Shown: positions 1-12,881 of the stretch, in pieces
How positions within the stretch are numbered: position 1 is the stretch's first letter
How the letters are laid out: the number at the start of each line of letters is the position of its first letter
NCBI GenBank assembly: GCA_000934665.2
Contig: JYFJ02004102.1
Span: forward strand, 1-34,760
DNA length: 34,760 nucleotides
Origin: Catajapyx aquilonaris
Lineage: Eukaryota
Direction of reading: 5' to 3'
Notes under the pieces: model-generated
What the model was told of the DNA's origin: nothing
Seen by the model: the letters and a program-made list of their open reading frames with translations, nothing else
Database searches by the model: none
Program-made: the position numbers and the translations under genes

Positions 1-1
1 T

Positions 2-877
2 GATCGGGATGCCAAATTTACTAGTGCTTTTTGGAGGGCTTTGTTCAAGAGATTGCAATCTCGACTTTTGATGTCCAGTAGTTTGCATCCACAGACGGAT
101 GGGCAAACGGAGAAAGAAATACAGGTGCTGACAACTACGCTCAAGGCGTTTGCTTTGGAGCTGCCCACTTCATGGGATAAGAATGTGGGTTATGTAGAAT
201 TTGCCATTAACAATTCTATGCATTTGTCGACGAAGGTGTCTCCATTTTTTGCGAATTATGGATTTAATCCCACTACACCTGGGGTTTTGTTGGGAAGGAC
301 GCAGGTCCATGAGCAGGTCCAGGCGACCGGTACTATGTTGGAAACTATCAGAATGATAAATGTACGGATCAAAGACTGTATGAGTCAGGCGCAGGAGAAA
401 AATGTGGTACACTATGATGCTAAACACAGGCCAGTGCAGTTCCAGGTGGGAGATGCAGTCCTGCTGGACATGAAGGCGGTGCGTTATGGGAATGTGCGGG
501 GGAGTAGAAAGCTTCGCCCACGTTATGAAGGTCCTTTTGTAGTAACTGCTGTCATATCTGATGTGTGCTATAAATTAGATCTACCTGTATCTATGCGAAT
601 ACATGATGTAGTGCATGTGTCAAAGTTAAAGTTGTATGTTGAGAGGGTAAGAGAGTGGCAGGATAGCTCAGCACTGCCGCCACCCCTACACGTCGATGGC
701 CAGGGTCCCACGTATGTGGTACAGAAATTGCTTGCGAAAAAGAGGGTCCATGGCAAAGTGTTTTTTTTAGTGAAATGGAAGGGCTACCCTGTCGGTGAAG
801 CTTCATGGGAGCCACATGCCAGTGTGAAACATTTGCATCGTTTGATACATCAATTAGCCTCGAGGACGATGCCTTGA
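2..877 (+). CDS. pol: C-terminal part of Ty3/Gypsy Pol: integrase core, GPY/F module and chromodomain (chromovirus type); runs off the window 5' end
   Basis: Frame is open from position 2 (DRDAKFTSAFWRALFK). Contains HPQTDGQTE (integrase catalytic E region), EFAINNS...SPF..NYG, KLRPRYEGPF (GPF), HDVVHVSKLK and a chromodomain YVVQKLLAKKR...FLVKWKGYPVGEASWEP. Stop at 875-877. Confidence 0.93.
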   Translation, partial: DRDAKFTSAFWRALFKRLQSRLLMSSSLHPQTDGQTEKEIQVLTTTLKAFALELPTSWDKNVGYVEFAINNSMHLSTKVSPFFANYGFNPTTPGVLLGRTQVHEQVQATGTMLETIRMINVRIKDCMSQAQEKNVVHYDAKHRPVQFQVGDAVLLDMKAVRYGNVRGSRKLRPRYEGPFVVTAVISDVCYKLDLPVSMRIHDVVHVSKLKLYVERVREWQDSSALPPPLHVDGQGPTYVVQKLLAKKRVHGKVFFLVKWKGYPVGEASWEPHASVKHLHRLIHQLASRTMP

Positions 878-893
878 TTTTGGTGTGGGAGTT

Positions 894-1223
894 TGTAACA
901 GGGTGTGAAGGATGTGAGATAATTTTTGTGTGTGATGTAATCCTGCATTCTATTCGAGGGACAATTTGACTGACAAAGGTAATAAATATATGGGAGAGGG
1001 TCTCCAGAGGAGGACTCCCAGGGTGGTGGACAAGGGGAGCGGTTGTGCTCGCCCTTTTCGGATTTGGGGTAGTGTGTTGCACACCCCTTCATCACAGTGT
1101 AAAGTTTGAAGGAAGCTGTATACAAAAAAGGAATAAGATATATATGACAGTACACCCTGGAGTTTATTCAGAAGATCCTAATCCATTACGTTTGACCTTG
1201 CGATTGAAGGACACAAGGTTACA
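894..1223 (+). mobile_element. 3' LTR (about 330 bp) of the chromovirus-type element
   Basis: Starts TGTAAC at 894, just after the pol stop and a short G-rich PPT-like tract. Ends GTTACA at 1223 (6-bp terminal inverted repeat). Sequence after about 1229 aligns with host repeat copies at about 3855 and 7235, supporting the boundary. Confidence 0.7.
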
Positions 1224-3969
1224 GAATGTGACAAATATTGCGCCTTTTATTTTCCAAAGGATAATTACGGTGCCAATGGAAGAGCAACTAGAACATCTGG
1301 ATGACGCCCTTAATGGACGACTGCACACGCACCATACAAGAGCTTATTGGGCAAATTGAAAAGTACATACAAATTTACCTTGAAGATGAATGCAGCCTTG
1401 CTACTATTACTGGGACACACCCGGTGTGACGAGAATGATAAACCAACATTTTGTGTGGTATACCATACGACACATCCAAGTTATTTAGTTTACATTGACA
1501 AATGGCTCGTGAACGCAGGCTTGGTTAAGAAAGATTATAATCACGGTTAACGCTGATTGTATAAGTATAGCCTACAGTCTACACAGCCATATACGTACAG
1601 GGGAACTGAAACATAGATCAAGTTCCCGCCAGACCTGTGGATGGTTTCAGGTGTGCTCTTTACCAAACCTATCTGGGACCATCGGCAAGCAGGAGGGTTG
1701 AAACTGACTCTGAAATCTTCCAATGGGCACCTCGTCATTCCCCTTGTCATAATTATTATGACCGGAGACCCCAGGAAGTACGAAGCAGCAATTTCATACG
1801 ATGGTGGATGGAAAGCATACTGCGCCATTTTTTACTAACAAGTAAGATGTCACTGCACCTATGGGTTCTTCTCTTCCCACGCCTCTTCCATTTCACCTGA
1901 TGTCACCTTTCAGATTGTGACAAATTGCAAAGCTTGCATAGTTACAAGGACATGTAGGCTAAAAGTAGTAATGTTATCTGAGTCTACACTCGAAGGATGT
2001 GACACTCATGTGCGCCTAACATGAAGAGGTAAGCTTAATAGTGTCTATACAACGCAACAAAAATTTCGAAACAAATATCATAACATACAGTATACATAAA
2101 CACATTTATGAGATTCGCCTGCGCTATCGGGGATGCAACAATGCAAATTTTGAAGCAGTATCGATCTCTGAAGGAATACAATGTACGGTTGAACGAAGAA
2201 ATTATTGTACATACGAGAACGTATCTTGTGTTTGTGTGGCATTGCTAATAAACCACGATTTGATGGCTAACTTCCCTTCAGAATTTCCAGGGATGTGAAA
2301 CCATGCCTCATCATAACAACCATCAAGAAAAATAGCCAATTCCTGTGAGACAGCCTCACGGACATTACAAACAGAAGAAAATAAACGACGCCGGCGCCAG
2401 TTGACTTCACGAGCATTATTGACCACCAGAGACCGAAAAGAAGCGTCACAATGTTCTTAACAGTCCCGCGTGAAAGTGGTATTTAAGTTACTTACAGTTA
2501 GTCCGGCCGCAGAATATAAACACAGTAAAGCTTGACAGCAACAGGTGGAAATCATTCTCGATGCACAGACAACAATTATCTAAGTGCATGCAATAACAAA
2601 AAAAAAATCTCAATAATACTGCCAAATATGTTTTTATTTGCAACGGAGCATTCCGTCACTCTTTCGTAATTATATACGAATATGTGGCATAGAGTGTGAC
2701 AGATGTACAATGCCAAGAACCAATATAAGCGCTGGAAGAAGATAAAGCGGTAATAATTATTGCGCCCATCTCTTTCCAAAATAGGTAGTGCCACTGAAAG
2801 AGCAAGAAGAACATTTTAATCATGTATCATACATACAGCTATACCAGACCATGCTTCGGGGCTAACTGCACTGGCGCGAAGCCAGTTTGGAAGTGATACA
2901 AGGCAGCATTGTGACTGCCACTAAGAAACAGTACCCTGGTCAAATGACTTCGAAGCGAAGAAGGGTAAGTGTTAGTGTCCCACTGGCAGCGGTTGCATCC
3001 AGCAGAGCAAACATGAGTGCAAGCCTGAGCGATACCACGGACTGACGAGAGGGATAAACCTACATTTTGTTGGGGTATAAATTACAGGAAGCTCAATACA
3101 AAGCAGTCACCTTTTCCCCAGCTTCTCCAGCGTACGAGACTAAAAGCGTAATTACTGTACTAATTGTAGACACAATTTTGGAAAAGGTGAACATTCCTGC
3201 AATGAACAAATTCAGAAAACATCAGGCGACACTCCCGGCGTTACTCTAAAATTTGTGCCGTAAAAGGACAGCCTTTCAAGTAACAAATGCAGCATAAATA
3301 GCAGCATGAACCTATAAATCAGAAAATATTAATCAAGATACTACAAGGACGTATGCCTACAAGTAATATTGTTTTCAATAATTATAGGTAAAAATGAGGT
3401 CAAATGCAACTTTCCTTCTCGTTGTAGACACCTCATTTTGTATCGATGATAGTAATGCATAATACATTTATGCAAAGAGAGTATAAAGCACTGATTACAA
3501 TGAAACAAACGATGATGAGAGGTCCCTTCATCAAGTCATGTCGCGACTGTCACCATATCTACTACCTCTTTGAACGTATCATAACCAGGGGAGTAACATC
3601 CGTCTAGCATTCTGGCTCGTTTTAAAAGACACAAAAAACGTCAGACCTAGTTATTTGGAATGCTGGGCAATAAGTTGTGGACCCAAAGTTACATGAGTAT
3701 AGCAATATATAATTTGCCTTCGATAGTGCCATGTGCACATTTTACCATTGTCGTTTACAGTACCCTTCCGACATAATATATTTATTGCCAACATGTGGTC
3801 CAAACTATTACTTCACGAAGCAACAGGAGACCATGACATCAGTTTGAAGAACAATAATGCGCCTCTTATTTTCCAAAGCCGATGGTGCCAATGCAATAAG
3901 CGCATCTGGATCTTAAACGATGACCGTATACGAACTATACCAGGCCGTGTTGACCTAATTGAAAATGAC

Positions 3970-4092
3970 AGCCCGATCTACTGTTTTCTGGGGCTTATGG
4001 CGCTAGAGGTGTGTCTGGAGTCCCTGCATATTTATAAATATTTTATATAAAGGATTTCTTGGGTTTGTGGCGCTAGATGAGCCCGATCTACT
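3970..4092. mobile_element. About 97-bp insertion flanked by a 13-bp direct repeat (TSD-like)
   Basis: AGCCCGATCTACT at 3970-3982 and 4080-4092. The intervening sequence is absent from the paralogous copies near 1370 and 7390. Confidence 0.6.
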
Positions 4093-7000
4093 CGATGACG
4101 ATGGTACAATGCAGCCTTGGGACTATCACTAGGACACAGTAACCCAATGATTGAGATGCGAAGAGAAATGACGAGTACGTGAAGGCTAGGCAGTAAGCAT
4201 CCACTTCATGACAGTCTACATAAGCCTGTTAATTCCAGGGCGTGACGAGACGAGTGACAAACCAACATTTTGTGTACAGTACGGAACATCCATGTTATTT
4301 ATGTAATTTACGAATGGTTCATGATGGCTTGGTTAAGCACGATTATATTTTCCCTAATTCTAGTAGCATAAGAAAAAAATTACGTTCAAATTGTCTCTTA
4401 AGTAATCGTTATAAACCAATATGTGAATACCATCTTCTTTTCTGACATGAGAAGGTACACAGCTGGGACAAGTGGAGCTACGTGATATTGAGGGCAGCTC
4501 AACAAAAACCAGTCACCTTTTCCCCAGCTTCTCCTATCTATTACAAGGGGTACGAATTTGGAAAGCGGAACACAACAGGAACATACCTTTGCCCAAGACC
4601 ATGATCTATTTAAATATACATCCGGCGACCCCTCTCCGCACTTACATACAGAGAATGTAATGCTAATAAATGGACTGTCTTTCAAGCAACAACAGCATAA
4701 ATAGCAACATGAACTTCGAGAAAATAAGCCACTCCATAGGCGTAAGAACGGGCGTACATGTAACTGTTTTGATTCTTTAGTAGCAAATTATTCCTGGTAA
4801 AAACACATGAGTTGAATTACGTAAGACTATCTCTGATGTGGGAGCAGATAATATTATAGCAGCCTACTACTCCATCATTACCATTTGATTCATAAAAGAC
4901 TCCCATTAAGAGATGGATTGAATTTACTTCAACCTGAAACACTCTCCGCCGCCTATTGTGAGACACACCGTTCAATTTCGGTTCAATTAAAGAAGACAGA
5001 AGGCGCTCCCAGGCATATCTGAGATCATGGTGTCTGTGTGTGTGGCTGAAGCTTATCCAACTTCATACCAACGAATGTGTCGCCAGGACCAACATCAGAT
5101 GATGAGGTGATTCCAATTCGCATTTGGACTTGTTTCAGTCTCACGAATCGAGTTATTAACACATACAAAGATGGGACAGAGGTACACATACCCGAAAACC
5201 CATGGTAGTTTATGTCTTTGATTTCATATAAACCAGTACGTGGCGGATAAGTTGACTGAAACACAAGACTAATAAACTGTGTTTTGGGTCCCTTACAAGT
5301 TTGAAGCCACGAACGTCGAAACTAATAAAACAAAAAACAGTGCTAATCTAACACGATAATTGTAAGTATACGTACTCTAGATATAAACCAGGGAACTGCA
5401 ACCGAGGTCACGTCTCGCCCGACCTGTGCTTGGTTTGTGTCTACAGGGCGACAAAAATGTCCAAACAGTATGTCATAATACTATACAACAGCACACACAT
5501 GTATGAGATCGCCTGAGCTATCGGAGATGCAACAATGCAAATTTTGAATAAGAATTCATCTTTGAAGGAACACAATGTGCGGATGATCGAGGAAATTCTG
5601 ATAAACATCTTGTGTGGTCTTGCATGGTTGGTGCCGAAACATCTTTCAAGAGAATGAAAAAAAATTGGTGGGTTGATGGCAACTCAACAACTACTCGAAT
5701 GCCAGACGACATTGACCAGAGGCCCTGTTGAGGATGGCGGGCACCAGGCAGTCTTGCAATACCCATACGGCATCAGAAATGAACCGGACACTTCTGATTG
5801 GCATGAACCATATCTGTTGCTGGCAACATTGGATTACTGAGTGAGATTATGATTCTATGTTGTAGTCAATAAGGGCATATTCTATCGCATACTTTGCACT
5901 TCTTCGGAGTGAAATTCAGGTTCAGGTTTATTTGGAGGAAGTATCTATGGCTATCTGGGTATAAGAAGACGTAAAGTTCAGAATTTTGGTCAGTTCAATT
6001 CAGTTATTCATAATAAGACGTGAAGTTCAGGATGAGATAAGCTCACAGCAACGAGTAACTATACACATATATGCAAGGGCGCATGTAAGCAAGTAAAATA
6101 ATACAGTATATGTATAGATCCATTTTTTACAACTTAGATTATTGTAAACACGGGAAAACAGATACATTCACCTTATGATTATCAAGATTCTCTAATCCAG
6201 TTTCCACAATAATCCCAGGGACATTTTTGGAAACACGAAATTGATAAGAAACATTCACATTGCGCCTCTCATTGCAACAAGTATAGGTTGGGCCAATGGA
6301 AAATATGGAAAATCATCTTAGTGTACGTCTGCCTTCCTGTACACACAGCTATACCAGACCGCACTTGGCTAGTTCCAAATGTATGAAGGCACCTTGAAAG
6401 GGATTCTAAGCAGAATTATGAAAACATACGTCATCACAAGCAGCCAGAAAACAGCAAGAGGGGAGAGTTCCACATAAATCAGTGAGAATCTAATTTTTCT
6501 GGAATAGCGCACCATGGTATTAAGATTACAGACATGCGGCTCGCAACGACCGACTCTTATTTAAGCAGGATTTTGATAACTTCACTAATTCTCTGTATGA
6601 CCGTGCATAAAAAAAGCAAACAATATTATTTGTGTGTTCTTGGCACTACTAATGAACCTGCGTGAGGACGAGTTACATGAGGTCAAGTGCAACTTTCTTT
6701 CCCTTTGTAAACACCTCATTTTACAATATTGTATCGGAATTATTGTAATGGGTAATATGTATACTAACGCAATGCATGTATAATGCACTAATTACAATGA
6801 AACAAGCGCCATCATCCCTGATGGTTAGTCCTCACGTCACGAGGGCAAGTCACCATAAAATTATCCCCTACCTCTTTGAACACTGCAACGATCAATTATA
6901 ATGAGGGAAGCTCGTTTCATAAGGCAGCACTAAGAACAACAGACCTTAATTAGTTATTTGGAATGCTGCTGATCAATTAGTTGTTGATCCAGAGTTACAT

Positions 7001-8229
7001 GAGTATAACAATATAATTTTCTGATTATACAGGTAATTATTGGGTGCTCATACAGTACTAATAATGCACAAACAGTATTGAATAAGCTGGGGAGTGAGTC
7101 AAAAGTATTTGATATAGGGCCAGCACAATGTAATTTATCATTGTCTTATGTAAAATACTTTCCGACTTAATATATTTATTGGCAACATGTGATCCAAAAC
7201 ATTATTTCCAGTAACACGACGGAACAGGAAAATATGATGACAAACAATGCGTCTCTCATTTTCCAAAGCAGGTGGTTCCAATGAAATAGCAACTTGCACA
7301 TTTGAGCGACTCCCTTAATGGATCTTTATGGACGACTGTACTGTACACGCACTACACCAGGCCATGTTGGGCTAATATTGAAAACGTCACCCTAACTTAC
7401 CACGAAGTCCGATGCAGCCTTGCAACTATCACCTGGATACAGTAACCCAATTATCAAGAAGCGAAATGGCAAGTAAGTGAAGCAAGGCAGTAAGCATCCC
7501 ACCTCATGACAATTGCAGTATGTAGTGGTTCGACTACCACTACAAGTAGCTACTTATTCCTGGAAGTGATGAGAGTGACAAACCAACATTTTGTGTGTAG
7601 ACGAAACATCCATGGATGTTATTTAGATAATAGACGATGAGAGGAAGAATACCACTGAGAAGCTTCGCGCAATGCCAATGATCTTCTGTGTGATTTTGAG
7701 GAGTAACTACAGCAACAGGCAGGTCAACACAAATCAGTCACCATTTCCCCAGCATCTCTCTGAGTATATTACAAGGCCTACGACTACTACACTTGTAAGC
7801 ACAACTTTGGAAAGACAGGAAATGACCTTTATCCCAGCAGAGCAACGAACTGTTTCAAAAAAAGTCAGGCGACGCGTACACATGTACAGACAAAATACAG
7901 TGACATAAATGGACGGTCTTTCAAGCAACAACAGCATAAATAACAGCATGAATTTCAGGCAAAGAAGTCACTCAATAGGCGTACTGTACAGCATGTAATA
8001 CTGCATTTTCATTCTTTGGTAGCAAGTTATTCCTGGTGAAAACCTTAGTAGATTAACACAATGGGCATGTATTTTCGAGTCCTACAACGCATGGACGGTG
8101 CAGTCATACAGGTTACAGCACACCACTGCTTTATAATTACCATTCGATTCGCAAAGGACTCCCATTAAGAGATGGAGTCAACTCATTTCCTAAACCTGAG
8201 ACTTTTCACTTGAACTGATTGTATAATTA

Positions 8230-8790
8230 CGCCAATAGTTATTGATGTTTATTGCCCTTAAAACTTAACATCCATATTTTCATGTGATGTGAGTCTTTTT
8301 CGTAGCTGGTTGTAATTCATATTTTGAGGTACGATAAGGAAAATTATAGTCGCAAGTACAATGATATTTTATGCCATGGTGCTTCTGTAATATGAGGTCA
8401 ACACAATATTATCCTGAAGGTGAGACATTCTCTAAACACCTTTAGTTTCATGTGACTGTCGTGGGTTTTGTTATGCACTTTACATGATGCTGGATGGGAC
8501 TTTATCGCCAATATTTATTGTTGTTCATTGCCCTCCAACCTTAACATCCATATGGTCATGTGATGTGTCTTCTTCGTTGCTGGTTGTAATCGACATTCGC
8601 TGTGGAAGGATCAGTAGGATTAAAGTCGCAAGTACAATTTCATATTTTGTGCCAGGAGCTCTTGAAATATGAGGGCGCAATGTATGCTACAGAGATAAGG
8701 GATCCTCTTAACACATGTTAAGCCATTTAGTTTCATGTGATCCTTGTGGGTTGTGTTCAGCACTTGACATGATGCAGGGTGGGACCTTTA
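8230..8790. repeat. Diverged tandem dimer of a unit of about 277 bp
   Basis: CGCCAATA...CTTAACATCCATA...GTCGCAAGTACAAT...TTTAGTTTCATGTGA...CATGATGC..G.TGGGAC occurs at about 8230-8505 and again at about 8506-8790. Confidence 0.85.
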
Positions 8791-11186
8791 ACGATGACAG
8801 AAGACGCTTCCAGGCTTATATACGATCCTGATGGCTGGAGCCCAAGCCAATGTTGTTGCAGGACCACCAACTGATGACGCATGATTGCAAACGCATCTAG
8901 TTATTAAAACATACAAAGATGGGACAGAAGAATACACCCGAAAAACCATGGGAGTTTATGACTTAGATTTCACATAAACCAGTACGTGGCTGGATAAGTT
9001 GATTGGATCACAGCCCTCAACTGCGGTTTGGGTCCCCAAGCCACGAATGTCAAACTAATAAAACGAAGAACAGGGCTAATCTAACATGCTGATTTACAAA
9101 CATGGGAACTGCAACAGAGGTCATGTCCGGCCACCCTGTGCTTGGTTTGTGCAGGTTTGCCTTTTACCAAACCAATTTGGGGGCATTGGAAAGAAGATCG
9201 GTTGAAACTGACTCTGAAATCTGCCCATGGATAAGGCACACCTCATTCCCCTTACTTGTCGTCATATTATCACCAGAGACCATTGAGCAGCACTCAACAG
9301 CTACTCAATCTCTGTTTCTCCTGCTGGTGTGATTGTTTGATTTGAAATGAGCCAAAGGCATGAAGGCTACCTGACTATTTGAAGATGGAGCCACAACTGA
9401 CAAAGAGATAACACTGTTGGACTCATATTGCATCATACCCAACGAATCTTTTTCTTTGGGATAACAAGGATATATTGTGGCTCTCCAGACCCTTCCACGA
9501 ATCTTGGAAACTGCATTTTAAAAATAAGTCGAATGTGACTGAAGCACACATACTCATCAGCTGACAATCTCCACAACTCGCCTTTCTAAGATTCGAATGC
9601 GCTTAGGTATATTACCTGCTCTGGCTAATGTAGGATAGATAATACATGATATCGTAATATTAGGTTGTCAGCTGTCACTAGGAATCCGGAGTCGGCGAGT
9701 ACTTTTTGGGGATCTACATTATACTTGTAGAAAGTCAATTCAAACTTACAGTGAATAGTTTAGTAATAAGACATACTGCACCATTTTTGACTAGATGGCG
9801 ATGCAGAGCTATGATTTGTTATTTTCCCACATCACTTCTATTTCATCTTTCACTAAAGAACGCTCCTCTGAATATATCTCAATAAGTACCGGTAACCATT
9901 TTGACAAAAGCAAATTGCCAAGTTTTCACAGTTACATCAGGTTACATGTAATATCTTACTCCCTTCCACTTTACAAATAGAGTACCAGTTATGCCACAAG
10001 AGACTGGCAGACTCTGCACCTCCTTTCACTTCCATTCAGCAGCAAAATATGCGACCAGAACCTGGCAGACCAACCCTAAATCCATTGTCAATCCATCAAT
10101 AACCGACCAACCATTAAGAGAAATAATAAAAAAATAAATACTCCAGGGAAGGAGGCACACTAAATTGGTCATTAGCCTACCCAGATTCTCAGCTGGTTAA
10201 CCAACACGCGACAAAAATTTAAGTCGGTGAACACAACATCAGTTGCAACAAAGGATACCCAAAGTGTGACAGAAGAAAAGGGGGACATGATGAAAAGAGA
10301 CTGTCAGCGAGTAAGGGGGTGTGACAAGATGCCAATTGTTTCAAGTTATGGATTTCTTCATATTAGCCCCATAAATACATATATCATGCAGTTAACATGT
10401 AGTACAGCACTCCTACATGCATGTAAATATATATTTAATTAAATGTTTGGGTTCTTATTTGTACAGGATGCACATTTTGGGCTCATCCACTTGCTCATCC
10501 AATACCAACTATATCAACAACAAAAATCAGATTCTTGACACAAAACCTGCTTGCTCTAACTGTAAACCTCTACAAACCATTTCTGTACCAAATAACCTCA
10601 TACATAACTTCAGTTCAAAGATAAAATATTTTAGATCCTAGAATAGATTAGCATCCGACTTATGAAGTGCACCTCTCTCAGGAAGAGAATGTAACCAAAT
10701 TCTGTGACACGCAGACTGCGACACCAAAACCAACAATATGCTCACATGACTAACTTAATTACATATAAAACTTCATTCAATGAAATAATTAGTATATACG
10801 GAGTAAGAGTAATAAGCACCTCCGTCAAAACTATTGTGATGTGCAGGCCTAGTCCTGGATGAATACCTTACAATATTTAAGTCAGTTTTCTTATAGAGAA
10901 ACTGTAGTCCCCAACAAAACTTTTCAATGGTGAGTAGGCTAACCATATGAAGGCTCACCATCAGTAATAAACAAACGAACAAGAGGAAGAGGTACCACAA
11001 CTTCTGACACATGTGATATGCCAGGCCAAAAACAAAATTACCTATGATTATTATCAGTATTACAATACAAAAGTCAGTTGACACAGATTTCAGTTGCATG
11101 ACTATACAAAACCAGCAGTACTTGAACATGGCAAATGTATGAGCTGGAAGTGATGCTAAACCAACTGAGCAAGACAGCAGGATTAC

Positions 11187-11505
11187 ATGAACACACCAAG
11201 GACGGAAGGGCCGTCTCACAACCAGGTACTCCAGATAGATGCTGGTATGATGGAGGAAGCCTTGCTGGATGATTTGGTGATTGGTTTCCCTGAGTTGTTG
11301 AGAAACTATCACCCTATTCACGAACACATCAGGAAAGCTTCTCATCATCATTGGAAGAATCCAGTGCGGGAGAACTGGGTGTTGTAAGTGACACCTGACT
11401 TTCATGGTAGAATATACTGGAGGAGGGCAGGTTCCGGGTGGACCTGCTGATGTGCCAGGTGGAGGACCACGTCAGGCACAATCGCTGCTGGAAATGCCTA
11501 ATGCG
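11187..11505 (+). pseudogene. Decayed ORF1 (gag-like) fragment of an R1-like non-LTR retrotransposon
   Basis: ENWVL*VTPD, then after a frameshift NILEEGRFRVDLLMCQVEDHVRHNRCWKC (from 11411). This resembles the 'WV.EV.P...L..GR..I.W..C.V.D.....RC.KC' region preceding the CCHC knuckle of R1-clade ORF1. Confidence 0.55.
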
Positions 11506-12881
11506 CATGAAAGGAAGGAATGTCAAGTGAAACCCAGGCCATCAGTTCAGACAAGGGAATGAGCTATGCAAAGATATGACTCCAAAGTGAATGGGTGGAG
11601 GAGCTTGTTCAGTGATTGTTTTCAGCCAGAAAATAATTATCCTTTCTTTCTAGCTCTTGAGCTACTTGAAATCATTGAACATAATTACCATATGGCCATG
11701 TCACGGACCACTTTGCGCACAGATGTGAAAAGTCACCACTGCAAAAAATTTCTCACTCGGAAATGACACATGCGAGTTTTTGGAGACATTACCATAATCT
11801 ACTCTTATTTGACTCCCATCATTTATACCTTATCAAACCCAGACTCCAATGTCACAATGGTTTTATTGTCTCATTAAAAGATGCGAGTAAAAACAGCAAT
11901 AAGCGAGTGGTATAATATTATATTTATTAAGGACAGTGTGAACTAAACCCAGACTGGTTTGTCATCATACTTGCAAGGAACACTACTGACACTTATTATT
12001 ATGAAATCCAGCTCTTCTCTTCCTTTGCTGATATTGCAGCTACATGGTATTGTACATACGGACCTTCTTCCAAATGCAGGTCCGACGTTTTAAAACAGAA
12101 ACCATATACACTGCATTCAATCTCAATAAGTCAGTCAATGGCTTCATCTGCATTGCCAACTGCGGTAATAAACAGTATCAATAAGTTCACCATGCCCAGA
12201 AATGTGTCGTTACGTACGTGCTAAACTATTACTTTCTAGAAGTACAATAATTATATCATGTAGGAATTGAGACTGGTAATGTTTCCTGTAAGCCTACTGC
12301 AAATTGCTGTACTGTACTGTAAGTGTTTCTGCAAATTTATTCGATAATTTTGCTACTAAAATAGTTTCATTGATGAAAGAAACTTGGGCCATCTGCCCTG
12401 AGATTTGTGAGACGACTCAGACTTACTGTCATGTTCTAATAGGCAGCATTTTTCATCATTTGAAACTTGACTGCTATATAATTAGGTACCGGTAGTACTT
12501 GTTCACCACAGAAAGAATATAAAACTTGAACCAACAAGCTGTATTGGTAGCCTACAATTTGAGTGTCATAAAAGACACACCTGCTTCTTCCTTGCAAAAG
12601 TTTTAAGTTGCAAAAATTAGGTGACAGAAGTGGGATGGTAAATGAGTATGCAGAAAACACCAGTTTGATTGGAGAACCTATAGTTATGTAAGAAAGAGGA
12701 CTTCCTGTTGCCAAAGTAATCTCATCTAAGTATATGAGTCTCCATCTCACTAATATGTTGTAAATATTGATGTGCGGGGTATAAGTGGTGCCCTGAAATA
12801 CAACTGTAACATAAAAAGCAGTGTTTTACCACAGTCGCCAGCGCCCATAAGTGCAAAGGATTACAATTGATCGTGCCACAG

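Larger units (their letters stand above)
1229..9870. repeat. Degenerate mosaic segmental repeats, roughly three copies of a 3-4 kb unit
   Basis: Recurring blocks: ATTTTCCAAAG...GCAGCCTTG...AAACCAACATTTTGTG at about 1240-1550, 3855-4350 and 7246-7625; CAGTCACC(T/A)TTTCCCCAGC at about 3100, 4510 and 7735; GATGCAACAATGCAAATTTTGAA at about 2131 and 5526; ACATACAAAGATGGGACAGA at about 5161 and 8909; GTTGAAACTGACTCTGAAATC at about 1698 and 9201. Confidence 0.85.

Noticed and set aside
170..1155. Several minus-strand ORFs over the Gypsy element
   Set aside because: Shadows of pol and the LTR with no motifs.
4490..4540. Minus-strand LGKR*LVFVELP resembling glycine-cleavage H protein
   Set aside because: Too short, contains a stop, and similarity does not extend in any of the three copies.
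5905..6030. Spaced short repeats (AAGACGT.AAGTTCAG) as a possible CRISPR-like array
   Set aside because: Only two to three imperfect copies, irregular spacing, eukaryotic context and no cas genes.
10260..10720. Recurrent TGTGACA and G-rich tracts suggesting LTR/PPT boundaries
   Set aside because: No matching second terminus, TSD or adjacent pol remnant could be established.
10773..11405. 210-aa hydrophobic minus-strand ORF resembling a membrane protein
   Set aside because: Partly antisense to the R1-like ORF1 remnant. Hydrophobicity follows from the T-rich strand, and I recognise no family motif.
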